Numbered from the stretch's first letter, positions 1 through 9,891 are shown. The stretch is 64,000 nt of DNA from Patescibacteria group bacterium (GCA_040384765.1 JAZKIQ010000005.1:358-64357), one strand, 5' to 3'. Numbers and translations are program-made. The notes: generated by a model not told the origin, from the sequence alone.

Positions 1-96
1 ATGCTTAGAAAAATAGAAGTACTCTTGTGGTGACAGCAAGAGAATTATCCGTGACCACATAAATCGTGCCGCGAAGCGTCAATACTTAGACCAGCC

Positions 97-447
97 ATGC
101 CCAACCACCGCATCTACACCACCAGCTTCGCAAGCGTCTATCCCCTGTATGTTCATAAGGCGGAGAAAAAAGGACGTACACAAGAAGAAGTGGATGACGT
201 CATCCGCTGGCTCACCGGGTATAGCCAAAAAGAGCTGGAAACGCAGCTTAAAAAGCAGACAGACTTTGAAACCTTCTTCGCGAATGCCCCCAAACTCAAT
301 CCTTTGCGGAGCTTGATCAAAGGGGTTGTCTGCGGTGTCCGAGTAGAAGAGATAAAAGAACCAACGATGCAGGCAATACGCTATCTAGATAAACTGGTCG
401 ACGAGCTAGCCAAAGGCAAAACAATGGAAAAAATCCTGCGGAAATAG
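97..447 (+). CDS. DUF2200-family conserved hypothetical protein
   Basis: 116 aa; N-terminal [25 protein letters not shown]...WLTGY resembles DUF2200 proteins from memory. Confidence 0.45.
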   Translation: MPNHRIYTTSFASVYPLYVHKAEKKGRTQEEVDDVIRWLTGYSQKELETQLKKQTDFETFFANAPKLNPLRSLIKGVVCGVRVEEIKEPTMQAIRYLDKLVDELAKGKTMEKILRK

Positions 448-456
448 ACGAACTCC

Positions 457-1227
457 CTACCCCACAAATATATTTACAAAAAGAATCACGAGCAGTATGA
501 GTATCGCGAGCACAGACGCGATCACCTTCACACTTATCGCGCTGTAGGTGTGGATGATATACGCCATGATGGCTACCCAGCTTGTAGAGAGTGCGGGGCC
601 AAGCCATGAATATTTAAAAAGCCCGAAAAAGGGCAGCAGAATATTGATGCACAGACCGAAAAGAGCCCCCAGAAGCGTACCTCCTACGAGATACGCCACC
701 TGCCGCTCGAGCGCTGTGCCTCGATATCGAGCGAGCTTCTGGACGAGTATCAGGAAGCCAGCAAAAAATGGTACGCCAAAATTGAGATGGAAAAGATACC
801 CATACGGACCAAAATCCCAACCAAGGTCGACAGATGGAGCAAGGGTAACGAACGTACTTTTAACAATGAAATCAGTGCCCAGATAAAGAGGAAGCAAGCA
901 AAGCTCAAAAAGAATGACTGCCGCGACAATACGAGTGCGGGGCTTTTCCTCTTCGGGAAAGAGGTACGCAAAATAGAGAAAGAGCGGTCCCACAAGGGCG
1001 CCGATGTAGTGATTGAAACGAGAGAGAAAAAGCGCCCAATCTGAAAATCCGCTCATAAGGAGCGCTACTCCGAAAGCCCAGAGAGCAAGGGCAAACGATA
1101 CGAGGCCGTACGCGCGAGTTGAGCGCTTTTGGTGGCCCAGTGAAAGGAAAGCTCCGAAGGCCAGAAAGATAACCCCCGAGATCCAGTTGATTATTGAATA
1201 GACGGAGAGCATTACCGGTTTTGCCAC
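457..1227 (-). CDS. integral membrane protein (multi-TM; possibly stand-alone 7TM sensor-like domain)
   Basis: 256 aa, highly hydrophobic with 7-8 predicted TM segments; start overlaps murF stop (operon coupling). Confidence 0.5.
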   Translation of the reverse strand: MAKPVMLSVYSIINWISGVIFLAFGAFLSLGHQKRSTRAYGLVSFALALWAFGVALLMSGFSDWALFLSRFNHYIGALVGPLFLYFAYLFPEEEKPRTRIVAAVILFELCLLPLYLGTDFIVKSTFVTLAPSVDLGWDFGPYGYLFHLNFGVPFFAGFLILVQKLARYRGTALERQVAYLVGGTLLGALFGLCINILLPFFGLFKYSWLGPALSTSWVAIMAYIIHTYSAISVKVIASVLAILILLVILFVNIFVG

Positions 1228-2534
1228 TCTTTCTCCTGCCGCACCAACAGCTGTTCTGCCCTCTCTGGCTCGGCCATCACCTCGAGCACTGCACGCTCCA
1301 TCCGCACGTACTGTGAACCTTTCACGAGCACCAGATCACCTTTTTTAAGAAAATCCTGAAGTGCCAAACCTGCCGCACGAGAGTCGTCGTACGACTTGAT
1401 CTTTGACTCCTTCATACCTTCGGCCAGGGCCCCATCTGCAATAAACCGTGCGCGCTGCCCGACCGTAAAAAGATACTCTGCATTTCGCGCCACCTGAAAT
1501 CCAGCTGCCTTATGAGCGTCGATCGTGTATTTGCCAAGCTCCATCATGTCGCCAAGGACGGCAATCTTGCGACCTGGCATCTCAATACCGCCAAGCACCT
1601 CGAGCGCTGCCTCTACCGCCACAGGAGACGCGTTGTAGGTGTCGTCGACAATGAGCGTCTTCTTGATACCTGGAAGCAGCTTCATGCGGCCTGGCGGCCC
1701 TTCAAATGTCAAAAGAGCAGCGATGACATGCTCCGGATCAATCCCAAGCTGGGTTCCCGCGGCAAAAGCTGCGAGAGCGCCATATACTGCCTGTCTCCCT
1801 ACGCCATGGGGCAATCGCACTGCATAGCTCTGACCTTCGTACAAAACGGTAAAGATTGTCCCCGCTGGCACATCGTGCTCACCACCCTTCTCGTAGTAGA
1901 GGTGCTGCTCGCTTGCGGCAAGATCGGCTCCAGGCCCAAAACCGTATGTAAGCACCGTAGCCTCTGACCCCTCTTTCATACCGCGCACCACCTCATCGTC
2001 GTTGTTGAGCAAAAGGATCTTCCCCTTGCCAGCTGCACGCGCCAAAGAGCCTTTTTCGTCTGCAAGATCCTTAGGAGAGGGGAAAAACTCTACGTGCACA
2101 GGAAGCGCCCCGATATAGGTGATGATCGACATCTCCGGAGCAAGCCACGTAGCTACTCTCCGAATATCTCCCGGCCTATCAGCGCCCACCTCAAGCACTA
2201 ACATCTCCGGATAGTCATGGGGAAAGAGAATAAGCGAAAGGCCGTGCAAAATGTTGGCAACCCAACCAAGAGGGTTAGACCATGCATTTGGAAGGCCAAG
2301 CACAGTCAGAGGAAGCCCGATCTCACTGTTAAAACTTTTTTCGCTCTTTCGTACCTTGAAGCGACTCCCGAGCACATGAGCTACAACATCTTTTGTGGAG
2401 GTTTTTCCCACACTCCCCGTAATGGCAACTACTCGGGGCTTGTATCGAGCGAGCACCTTTTTTGATTCCCAGATCAGGATACGACTAACGATCGATTTAA
2501 GTACAGTTTTCATAGTGTAAGCACCAAGCACCAA
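1212..2534 (-). CDS. murF: UDP-N-acetylmuramoyl-tripeptide--D-alanyl-D-alanine ligase MurF (start may be internal Met at ~2513)
   Basis: Mur ligase P-loop GSVGKTSTKD, DDTYNASP motif; last gene of dcw cluster. Confidence 0.8.
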   Translation of the reverse strand: MVLGAYTMKTVLKSIVSRILIWESKKVLARYKPRVVAITGSVGKTSTKDVVAHVLGSRFKVRKSEKSFNSEIGLPLTVLGLPNAWSNPLGWVANILHGLSLILFPHDYPEMLVLEVGADRPGDIRRVATWLAPEMSIITYIGALPVHVEFFPSPKDLADEKGSLARAAGKGKILLLNNDDEVVRGMKEGSEATVLTYGFGPGADLAASEQHLYYEKGGEHDVPAGTIFTVLYEGQSYAVRLPHGVGRQAVYGALAAFAAGTQLGIDPEHVIAALLTFEGPPGRMKLLPGIKKTLIVDDTYNASPVAVEAALEVLGGIEMPGRKIAVLGDMMELGKYTIDAHKAAGFQVARNAEYLFTVGQRARFIADGALAEGMKESKIKSYDDSRAAGLALQDFLKKGDLVLVKGSQYVRMERAVLEVMAEPERAEQLLVRQEKEWQNR

Positions 2535-2624
2535 ATTCCAGAAAAATCACAATGTCAAAAATCTAATAACCAAACTTTGAGTATTGAGTCTTGGAAACTA
2601 TCTGGAATTTGGTGCTTGTGATTT
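2524..2624. repeat. family-F inverted-repeat element copy 1 (caagcaccaaattccaga arms, ~58-nt AT-rich loop) between ftsI stop and murF start
   Basis: ccaagcaccaaattccaga ... tctggaatttggtgcttgtgattt; loop homologous to copy 2. Confidence 0.6.
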
Positions 2625-2630
2625 GTCATG

Positions 2631-4352
2631 TTACCGGTCCGGTGGCACAGCGTAATACTGGATCAGAAACTTTGTAATATTCTCAAACGGTTCGGTGAGT
2701 GTTTCCGATGAATATTGTACACCCTTCGGGTAGACGATGTAGAGAAAGGTGAGGAAGCGAGCATTTTGGCTCGGAAAATAGCCAAAAAAGGAGTGCAGGT
2801 AGCGATCAGAGTAGTATCCACCCTCTTTTGGGTTCGCCATCTGTGCGGTACCCGTCTTTGCAGCTACGCTATAATGCTCCATCTTTACCTTTCCCTTTGC
2901 AAGATGAAGGTCGACCACTTCGGTAAGCATCTTTGAGATCGTGCGAGTTGTTTCCTCCTTGAGCACTCGACCTTGTATCTCTGGAGCGGTCACGCGCTCA
3001 ACACCTGCTTTGTACACAACCTTCTCAACAACATAGGGGCGCATCAGAAGCCCGCCGTTTGCGAGTGCTGCAAGCGCACGGACAATCTCGATCGGCGTTA
3101 CAGCGATCCCCTGTCCAAATGAGGCAGTGGCAAGCTCTACTTCACGAGTAGAATCAAGGTTTCTGATAAGTCCTGCAAGCTCGTTGGGAAGGTCTATCCC
3201 CGTCTTCTCTCCCAAGCCGTATCCCCTAAAATAGGTTCGAAATGCGCTTCTGCCAAGTGACTGCTCGATAAATACCGAACCAACATTGAGAGACTGGCTC
3301 AAAATCTCTTGTATAGGAATCACGCCGCGGGCCTTGCCATCAAAATTTGATATCTTTTTCCCATCGAGCTCAATAGAACCGGTGTCATTGTAGGTAGTAG
3401 AAAGCTTCACTACACCCGCATCAAGCGCAGCAGCCATGGTAAGGGGCTTTACGATCGATCCCATCTCATACACATTCTCGATAAGAGGATTTGAAAAGAC
3501 TGCTACGTCCGTCACCTTTCCAAACTCATTTGGATCAAAGGTAGGCAGTGCGGCCATACCCACGATCTTGCCAGTCTTTGGCTCGATAATCACACCACCG
3601 GCTGCATCGGCACCCCATTTCTCTCTCGCAAGTGCGAGCTGTCGCTCGAGGTAAGCCTGCACTGTCGGCTCGATCGTAAGTACGACGTCACCCTCGGGCT
3701 CAAGGTCGCCATCAACAACCGTATCCTTGAGGTTTCCAAAAAGCTCAGCAAAAAAGTTGAGCGAGAGACTGCTTGTTGAGCGAGAGAGCAGAGTTTGAAA
3801 TAACTTTTCGATACCATACCGGCCGATCGGGTATGGACCAGAATCCTTAGAAAGGCCGACAAATCCAAGCACGTGCGCGGCAAGAGCGCCCGCAGGATAC
3901 GTCCGCACATTTTCTTTAAACACCCCTACGCCGGGTACCCCAAGCACACGAACGCGCTCGGCTGTTTCCTGGGAAAGACCCTTTGCAACGAGCTCATAGA
4001 GATCGTTTTTACGAGTGGCCTTCTCAAGGAAAATATCTTTGTTGAGATCGAGGATTGTACTGAGCTGCTCGTAGAGAGCTGGAGGGTCAACGATGACAGA
4101 AGGGTTGATCGTTATCGAATAGCGAGCGCTAAGTGTAGCTGCAGAGATAAGTGCCCCATCTTTTTCCGCAAAAAGGATAGTGCCCCGATCGTACGCACCA
4201 CCAGAAGGCTGCGCATACTGCCTATCTGCAAGGGCGCGATATGCGTCACCGTGTAAAACCTGTAGGTAGAAAAGCCTCACAAACGCGACAGTAGCAAACA
4301 GAAAAAAAAGCGCGTAGATGATCTGGATACGAGTTCGGAACGAGGAACGCAT
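2631..4352 (-). CDS. ftsI: penicillin-binding protein FtsI (PBP3 transpeptidase); ORF track extends to 4487 but that N-terminus covers a repeat element
   Basis: N-terminal TM, SIVKP (SxxK), SNF, KTGTA motifs; dcw context; start chosen at MRSSFRTRIQIIY TM helix. Confidence 0.8.
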   Translation of the reverse strand: MRSSFRTRIQIIYALFFLFATVAFVRLFYLQVLHGDAYRALADRQYAQPSGGAYDRGTILFAEKDGALISAATLSARYSITINPSVIVDPPALYEQLSTILDLNKDIFLEKATRKNDLYELVAKGLSQETAERVRVLGVPGVGVFKENVRTYPAGALAAHVLGFVGLSKDSGPYPIGRYGIEKLFQTLLSRSTSSLSLNFFAELFGNLKDTVVDGDLEPEGDVVLTIEPTVQAYLERQLALAREKWGADAAGGVIIEPKTGKIVGMAALPTFDPNEFGKVTDVAVFSNPLIENVYEMGSIVKPLTMAAALDAGVVKLSTTYNDTGSIELDGKKISNFDGKARGVIPIQEILSQSLNVGSVFIEQSLGRSAFRTYFRGYGLGEKTGIDLPNELAGLIRNLDSTREVELATASFGQGIAVTPIEIVRALAALANGGLLMRPYVVEKVVYKAGVERVTAPEIQGRVLKEETTRTISKMLTEVVDLHLAKGKVKMEHYSVAAKTGTAQMANPKEGGYYSDRYLHSFFGYFPSQNARFLTFLYIVYPKGVQYSSETLTEPFENITKFLIQYYAVPPDR

Positions 4353-4381
4353 AGAGAAAGTGTAGCATTTTGGTCCGCCGT

Positions 4382-4471
4382 CAGATGTTTCCTCTGAAAA
4401 GCACGATACTTTTCTACTGAAAAGTTCTCTACTCAGCGCCTTCGCGCTTCCGTAAGGCTTTTCAGAGGAAA
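4382..4471. repeat. family-C repeat copy 1 (cctctgaaaagc/gcttttcagagg 12-bp IR) in ftsL-ftsI gap
   Basis: ~80% identical over ~85 bp to copy at 15191-15282. Confidence 0.55.
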
Positions 4472-4533
4472 CATCTTCGGCTCTCAAAATGCGCGGGAGA
4501 GGGTTGGAAATACAGACGGAAACTCAAACGATG

Positions 4534-4917
4534 TTAGAAGTTGGAGGTGAGGAGTGTTTTCTTCTCCCTTGAGGCATACGAGACTGTCGACACATCGATA
4601 AATCCAAGCTGGTGTGCTCGCTCGAGGGTGACCGTCTGGGAAAGTGCGAGGTAGCGAGATTCGAGAGCTGCAAGCTCGCCGTTTAGTCGGCGGTTCTCCT
4701 CACCAATCTTTTTTGTCTCTACAGCATTGAATACCGTTGCATTGATCAAGAGTACATACGACAGAGCTGACAAAGCGCTTGCCGCGACCAACGCCCAAAA
4801 AAGAAACGCCACCTTTTCACGCGACACTACGAGGAGTGGGTCGTGCGATCCTTTAGTTTTCGACGGGGTCATGCTCATCATGTGTGTGGGTTTTAATAAT
4901 GACTCGGAGCTTTGCAC
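4534..4917 (-). CDS. ftsL: cell division protein FtsL-like (small bitopic coiled-coil protein)
   Basis: 127 aa, single TM followed by coiled-coil region; between rsmH and ftsI; true start probably internal (overlaps rsmH end). Confidence 0.5.
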   Translation of the reverse strand: MQSSESLLKPTHMMSMTPSKTKGSHDPLLVVSREKVAFLFWALVAASALSALSYVLLINATVFNAVETKKIGEENRRLNGELAALESRYLALSQTVTLERAHQLGFIDVSTVSYASREKKTLLTSNF

Positions 4918-5848
4918 TTCTCGATCGAGGGTTTTCTTTGAGCTCGCCCTCCTCTGCTTCTAGCGGTTTCTTTGTAAAAAGTCTGCCGTACCCGGCCATC
5001 ACCTTCTTCTTAAAAAAATGCTTTACGATCCTGTCCTCGCCACTATGGAAGGAGATCACTGCGAGCCTCCCCCCAGGCCGAAGTGCATCGAACCCCTGTC
5101 CAAGCGCCTCCTCAAGAACAACAAACTCCTCATTTACTGCTATCCGCAGCGCTTGAAACGTGCGCGTTGCTGCGTGAATTTTCTGCGAGCGGTAGAAATC
5201 TGGAACGTATTTCTCTACCGCGCGCACAAGGTCTCCTGTGGTTTCTATCGTTTTTTGCCTTCGCTCTTCCACGATCCCGCGTGCAATACGACCTGAAAAT
5301 TTCTCTTCACCGTATTCACGCAAAATCTGTGCGAGCTCATCCTGGGGCCACTTGTTCACCATCTCGTAGGCAGTAAGCCCTTTTTCAATATCCATTCGAT
5401 AGGTCATGAGAAGCGGCTCATCGCGCTGAAATGAGAACCCTCTCCCTGAAAGCTCAAGCTGGTTTTGACTCCACCCGAGATCAAAGAGTGCTCCATCGAG
5501 GCCACTGATCCCCTCCTCTTCGAGCACGTCCGCCAGATGGCGAAAGTTTGACTCGCGAAGAATGAGTTTTGGCCTCGCTTTTGCAGGAATCTGTGCGAGA
5601 CGGATCTCTGCGCGGGTCACTGCATCCCGATCAGCATCAAGGCCGACAAGCGTACCTTTTTTACCAATCGCTTTTGCAATATCCTCGGCATGTCCCCCAC
5701 CGCCCAGAGTGGCATCGAGCGCGGTATCACCGGCCCGAAGCGCCAAACCACGAAGTACCTCTTGTAAAAGAACGCTCTTGTGACGGTTTTCCATCACTAC
5801 TCCGACAGCTTTTTGCTTCGTCTTTTTTTTTGATTTCTCTTTCATCAA
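4853..5848 (-). CDS. rsmH: 16S rRNA (cytosine1402-N4)-methyltransferase RsmH/MraW
   Basis: LLQEVLRGLALRAGDTALDATLGGGGHAEDI SAM-MTase signature of MraW; dcw position. Confidence 0.85.
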   Translation of the reverse strand: MMKEKSKKKTKQKAVGVVMENRHKSVLLQEVLRGLALRAGDTALDATLGGGGHAEDIAKAIGKKGTLVGLDADRDAVTRAEIRLAQIPAKARPKLILRESNFRHLADVLEEEGISGLDGALFDLGWSQNQLELSGRGFSFQRDEPLLMTYRMDIEKGLTAYEMVNKWPQDELAQILREYGEEKFSGRIARGIVEERRQKTIETTGDLVRAVEKYVPDFYRSQKIHAATRTFQALRIAVNEEFVVLEEALGQGFDALRPGGRLAVISFHSGEDRIVKHFFKKKVMAGYGRLFTKKPLEAEEGELKENPRSRSAKLRVIIKTHTHDEHDPVEN

Positions 5849-5877
5849 TCGAAGCTAAAACCATCGGAAGTCTTTTT

Positions 5878-5982
5878 AAAATCTCTCAGCTGCGAGGCGC
5901 GCTCGAGCATCGAGCGGGGCTGTACTCAGGCGTACTGCCCCGCGAGGAGGCGCAGAGCGCAACAAAGCAGATGAGGATTTTA
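5878..5982. repeat. family-D MITE-like element copy 1 (10-bp TIR taaaatcctc/gaggatttta, core gagcatcgag...gctgtac...gtactgc) in rsmH-mraZ gap
   Basis: aaaatctctcagctgcgaggcgcgctcgagcatcgagcggggctgtactcaggcgtactgccccgcgagg...caacaaagcagatgaggattttaaa. Confidence 0.55.
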
Positions 5983-5991
5983 AAAGGACGA

Positions 5992-6426
5992 CTATATAAC
6001 CCCTATCTCGCCAAGCTTCTCTGCAAGCTGATCCGCATTGGCGGCGATCTCGGCCTTGTACTTCGCCCATTCATCTGCATCCCAGATCTCTGCTCGTGGA
6101 TGGACACCCGCCACGACCACAGATTCCTTAAGGGATGCAAACTCGCGGAGAAAGTCCGGCACCAAAATACGCCCCAAGCTGTCTACTTCTGTTTCCACAG
6201 CACCGGCGAGCATGAAGCGGTTGAAGCCGCGTGTACTTGCCTGTCCCATCGAAAGCGCCGAGAGCTTCTCGAGTACCCGCTCCCACTCCTTCGGCGGATA
6301 CACAAAGAGGCACTTGTCGAGACCGTACGTAAGCACTACCTTCTTCCCAAGCTCCTTCCTGAACTTCGCAGGAAGCGCCATGCGCTTTTTGTCGTCAATT
6401 GTGTGTTTGTATTCCCCAATCAACAT
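5992..6426 (-). CDS. mraZ: transcriptional regulator MraZ
   Basis: MLIGEYKHTIDDKKRMALPAKFR...; duplicated MraZ fold; first gene of dcw cluster. Confidence 0.85.
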   Translation of the reverse strand: MLIGEYKHTIDDKKRMALPAKFRKELGKKVVLTYGLDKCLFVYPPKEWERVLEKLSALSMGQASTRGFNRFMLAGAVETEVDSLGRILVPDFLREFASLKESVVVAGVHPRAEIWDADEWAKYKAEIAANADQLAEKLGEIGVI

Positions 6427-6457
6427 AAAAATGCATGGCCAAAAATTCACCACTTTC

Positions 6458-6515
6458 TCCCACTACTCACCAAGTATACTCCACTTCATACCACAGCAAT
6501 AGGAAAGACGTGGGG
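6458..6515 (-). promoter_or_regulatory. candidate MraZ operator: GTGG(G) repeats at ~10-bp phasing immediately upstream of mraZ
   Basis: minus-strand reads GTGGtatgaaGTGGagtatacttGGTGagtaGTGGgagaaaGTGGtgaat just 5' of the mraZ ATG; MraZ boxes are phased direct repeats in other bacteria. Confidence 0.4.
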
Positions 6516-6696
6516 ATAAAGGAAAGATTACGGATGAGTTTTCCTGCCTCTCTGGTATCTCCTTTTTGCCGTCGCTGTCTGGGCGTGCTCGCCCAGCGCT
6601 GACTCTCGCGCCGTCGCGCTGCTAGACACGGCAAAAAGGAGCTACCTTCGAGTCAGAAAAATCATCTCGAGAGGAAGGATAGCAAGAGGGAGAAAA

Positions 6697-6724
6697 TTGA
6701 CTTTTACGGTAAAAATGCTATAAT
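6697..6724 (+). promoter_or_regulatory. near-consensus sigma70 promoter with extended -10 (TTGACT-N16-TGcTATAAT) (P1)
   Basis: ttgacttttacggtaaaaatgctataat directly upstream of SD ggaaggagg and ATG 6749. Confidence 0.6.
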
Positions 6725-6748
6725 TTTAGATGGAAGGAGGCCTGAAAA

Positions 6749-7198
6749 ATGGTCTTAAAAATGCCTCGAAAGAAAAGGGTGCTTTTGCTCGCAGACCCGG
6801 GACCGATGATCTGCTTGATCGACAGCCTGCTCACCATGGCACTTGGAATGGAAGTGCGGTACGTTACACTCGCAGACTGCCTCGAGGTGGAAGATGCGGA
6901 CACGGACTGCCTCGCTACGTCTCTTGAAAATCAGGGGCTGGAGATGTCGTGGATGCACCCTGATTGTCTGGTTGGACTCTACGATCTCGCGTTCATGGGG
7001 CGGAAGGAGCAGGCGTACGGTCGCGCATACAATCTGACTCGACAGCTCTTCCGAAACGTTCCGTTCCTCGTCTGCTTACCTGACTTCGAAGTAAGCATTC
7101 TGCCGCCGGACGTTCCCGACTCGCTCAACGTGGAGGATGTTACCTTGGTGGAAGCGAGACATCTCGTCGAGAAAATCAAGGAAGTAGTCCCCAAGTGA
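6749..7198 (+). CDS. hypothetical protein, GC-rich ORFan cassette (weak receiver-domain-like N-terminus?)
   Basis: 149 aa; strong SD ggaaggagg-8nt-ATG, own promoter and terminator; noticeably higher GC than flanking dcw/lysS genes; opposite strand to neighbours. Confidence 0.6.
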   Translation: MVLKMPRKKRVLLLADPGPMICLIDSLLTMALGMEVRYVTLADCLEVEDADTDCLATSLENQGLEMSWMHPDCLVGLYDLAFMGRKEQAYGRAYNLTRQLFRNVPFLVCLPDFEVSILPPDVPDSLNVEDVTLVEARHLVEKIKEVVPK

Positions 7199-7201
7199 AC
7201 A

Positions 7202-7242
7202 GGCCCCGAGGCGCGAAAGCGCTTCGGGGCTTCATATTTTTA
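7202..7242 (+). terminator. rho-independent terminator of the 6749-7198 cassette
   Basis: ggccccgaggcgc-gaaa-gcgcttcggggc followed by ttcatattttt. Confidence 0.6.
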
Positions 7243-7255
7243 ATGCTTGAAATTT

Positions 7256-8728
7256 CTAGCTCTTCGGACGCAATAACGGAAACAACTGTGTCTCGTGGGC
7301 GGACTTATCTTCGAGAAATGCAAAGAGGCGCTCGGAAACGCCAAAGCCAAACGCTGGCGGCATGCCGTGCTCCATCGCTTTTATATACTCCTCATCAAGT
7401 CGCTGCGCCTCATCATCTCCTGCTTCGCGCATCTTTTCTTGATCAAGAAATCGCTCGCGTTGATCAAGCGGATTGTTGAGCTCGCTGAACCCTTTGCCAA
7501 TCTCTGAGCCTGCAAGGATCACCTGGAAGCGCTCCACCTCATCTGGCTTGCCAGGAACACGTTTGGCGAGCGGCTCGAGAAATACAGGCACACCCACGAG
7601 AAACGCTGGTCCTGCGATCCCCTTTCTTATCGATTTCCAGAGATGGTCAATGGCTCGCGCTTTATTAGGCTCCTTCCCCAGATCGACCTTTGCTTTTTTT
7701 GCTGCCGCGATCGCCTCTTCTTCGGTGCAGGCTACTGGGTCAATACCAAAATGCTCTTTTATAGTCTCGCCGAAATGAAGCGTCTTCCACTCCGCCTCGA
7801 GATCTACTTCATGGCCGCGAATTGAAAACTGCATCTTGCCGTACACTTTTTTTGCAACATGCTGGTAGAGATCTCGAATCATCGACATCCCCTTTGTGTA
7901 GTCTGAATACGCTTCATAAAACTCGCACTGGGTATAGTCCTGGAGGTGCTCATTCGAGATACCTTCGTTGCGAAAAATACGCCCGATCTCAAACACTTTT
8001 GGAAAACCCGCTACAAGAAGGCGCTTCTGCCAAAGCTCTCCAGCCGAAATACGCAAATAAGCCTCAATATCAAGGGCATTGTGGTGGGTAACAAAAGGGC
8101 GAGCATCCGCGCCACCGGGCGTTGTCTCAATAGCTGGTGTTTCTACCTCAAGGTATCCCTTTTCGGTAAGAAACTCACGAATCGCATTCCAGAACCGCGC
8201 TTTGCGCATAAACATCTCGCGAATCTCTGGATTGAGCACCATATCGAGATGGCGCGCGCGGAGCCTAAGCTCCTTATCCTCAAGGCCGTACCAAGAGTCT
8301 GGGAGCGGGAGGAGCGACTTTGCAAGCATGCGCCACGACTCTACTTGTACACTTTTTGCTCCGCGCTTGGTGACAAGAAGTACGCCGGTAAACTCTACAA
8401 AATCTCCTGTGTCAGCAGTGGCGAGAAAAAGATCGAACAGGGCCGGGTCCATCTCGTCCTTTTTGAAATACATCTGGAGTCGCGCAATGCCTACAGGCGT
8501 CGAGCCGTCATCGAGATCCGCAAAAGCGAGCGCACCATGCTCGCGCAGAGCCATCACGCGGCCTGCAACAGTGACCTTTTTTTTATCAGCGGAAAGTGAC
8601 TCGAAATCACGAAGCGCGTCGGCAATCGAATGCGTGCGATGCGATTCGGCAGGAAAAGGGTCGATACCGCGCTCCTTGAGAAGCTCCAGCTTTTTAAGAC
8701 GTTCGTTGCGAATATCTTCGAGGGACAT
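7256..8728 (-). CDS. lysS: lysyl-tRNA synthetase (class II)
   Basis: 490 aa, OB-fold anticodon-binding N-terminus plus class II aaRS core, typical LysS length and motifs. Confidence 0.85.
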   Translation of the reverse strand: MSLEDIRNERLKKLELLKERGIDPFPAESHRTHSIADALRDFESLSADKKKVTVAGRVMALREHGALAFADLDDGSTPVGIARLQMYFKKDEMDPALFDLFLATADTGDFVEFTGVLLVTKRGAKSVQVESWRMLAKSLLPLPDSWYGLEDKELRLRARHLDMVLNPEIREMFMRKARFWNAIREFLTEKGYLEVETPAIETTPGGADARPFVTHHNALDIEAYLRISAGELWQKRLLVAGFPKVFEIGRIFRNEGISNEHLQDYTQCEFYEAYSDYTKGMSMIRDLYQHVAKKVYGKMQFSIRGHEVDLEAEWKTLHFGETIKEHFGIDPVACTEEEAIAAAKKAKVDLGKEPNKARAIDHLWKSIRKGIAGPAFLVGVPVFLEPLAKRVPGKPDEVERFQVILAGSEIGKGFSELNNPLDQRERFLDQEKMREAGDDEAQRLDEEYIKAMEHGMPPAFGFGVSERLFAFLEDKSAHETQLFPLLRPKS

Positions 8729-8764
8729 TGAGAAAGGGACTAGGGATCAGGGACAAGGGACTAG

Positions 8765-9232
8765 TTAAACTATCTCCAAAACTGAATATTTTACTTTGCC
8801 GCGAGGAGTTGCCACAGTTACACTGTCGCCCTTCTTCTTATTGAGGAGTGACCGGCCAAGAGGTGATTCATTCGAAAGCTTCTGCTGTGCAATGTCAGCC
8901 TCTTCGGATCCAACGATCAAAAAATCCTGTGTCTCTTTCTCGCCCTCTTTCTGAATAGTTACGCGAGAGCCAATGCTTACCATGCCAACTTTATGCTCCT
9001 TGGTTATTTCAGCATGCTTGAGAATAAGCTCAAGCTTTGAGATACGATCTTCGAGGGCTGCCTGGTTTTCGCGAGCCTCCTGATACTCGGCATTTTCAGA
9101 AAGGTCCCCCAGTGATTTCGCATACTCAAGCTGCTCCGCAATCTCCTTGCGCTTGGTACCTTTTAATACAGCAAGCTCCTTCGTAAGCTCTTCGTACTTC
9201 TCCTGGGAAAGGTAATGTTTCTCTTCGTTCAT
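8765..9232 (-). CDS. greA: transcription elongation factor GreA
   Basis: MNEEKHYLSQEKYEELTKEL...coiled-coil N-domain plus FKBP-like C-domain; ORF track N-terminal extension to 9280 unlikely. Confidence 0.8.
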   Translation of the reverse strand: MNEEKHYLSQEKYEELTKELAVLKGTKRKEIAEQLEYAKSLGDLSENAEYQEARENQAALEDRISKLELILKHAEITKEHKVGMVSIGSRVTIQKEGEKETQDFLIVGSEEADIAQQKLSNESPLGRSLLNKKKGDSVTVATPRGKVKYSVLEIV

Positions 9233-9375
9233 GTCGTTTATTGTTGCGACAATAGTACCATACCAGGACCCTAAACTCAATCGCAGAGAAAAGGTTAGAA
9301 ATACCTTTTACATGGACAGCTGATTGTATTTAGGATAGAAACAATCAAGACAAAAGAACGAAAGGAGTGCGTTGA

Positions 9376-9846
9376 ATGAGAGCGCTTGCAAAAGAAAACC
9401 TGCAGATCAACCTCCTCAACTATAGGAATGCTCGCCGAAAGGAGTTCGAACAGGAACTACTGAGGTTCTTTGAAGGTCCGATGTGGAATGCCTCAATCGG
9501 CCTTCTCGAAGCAACGGAGAGCTACATCGAGATTGCCACCACAGAGCACGGGAAGTGCATTCTCAGTGATCTCGGATTCTTCGTCATTCCGCTCAGTAAG
9601 ATGGAGCATGCTCGTAAGGTCACCATCTCTCAGGTCGCAGCCAACCTTGCACCCCTCGACACGAATCGCGACTGGAATCGACCCTCTCGATTCATCACCC
9701 AGATGCGTTTCAAGCTCGACGAGCTTGCTGGGACTCTGGCCCGAGCCCTGGATTCGAGCGACAAAACGGCGCAGGGGAAGAAAAGCAAAGCAAGGAAGGC
9801 CCCTCGAAACACGAACAAGCACCAACAAGTCACAAAGAAGAGGTAG
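9376..9846 (+). CDS. hypothetical protein (GC-rich ORFan, basic C-terminal tail)
   Basis: 156 aa; SD aaaggag-8nt-ATG; followed by strong terminator; no recognisable domain. Confidence 0.5.
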   Translation: MRALAKENLQINLLNYRNARRKEFEQELLRFFEGPMWNASIGLLEATESYIEIATTEHGKCILSDLGFFVIPLSKMEHARKVTISQVAANLAPLDTNRDWNRPSRFITQMRFKLDELAGTLARALDSSDKTAQGKKSKARKAPRNTNKHQQVTKKR

Positions 9847-9856
9847 CTCCCAATCC

Positions 9857-9891
9857 CCGCCGCGACGGCAACGTCGCGGCGGATCTATTTT
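9857..9891 (+). terminator. rho-independent terminator
   Basis: ccgccgcgacg-gcaa-cgtcgcggcgg then atctatttt. Confidence 0.65.

Noticed and set aside
5569-6519. Long antisense ORFs opposite conserved genes (for example 5569-6519 +, 548-886 +, 17152-17850 +, 19762-20281 -, 48522-49484 +, 50668-51138 +)
   Set aside because: Each lies fully inside and antisense to a well-supported conserved gene (rsmH/mraZ, membrane protein, holB, priA, atpD, atpA) and has biased, non-protein-like composition.
8729-8764. Direct repeats agggact/agggatc/agggaca in the lysS-greA gap
   Set aside because: Only 36 nt. Short G-rich direct repeats with no palindromic structure and no other copies seen, so probably chance.
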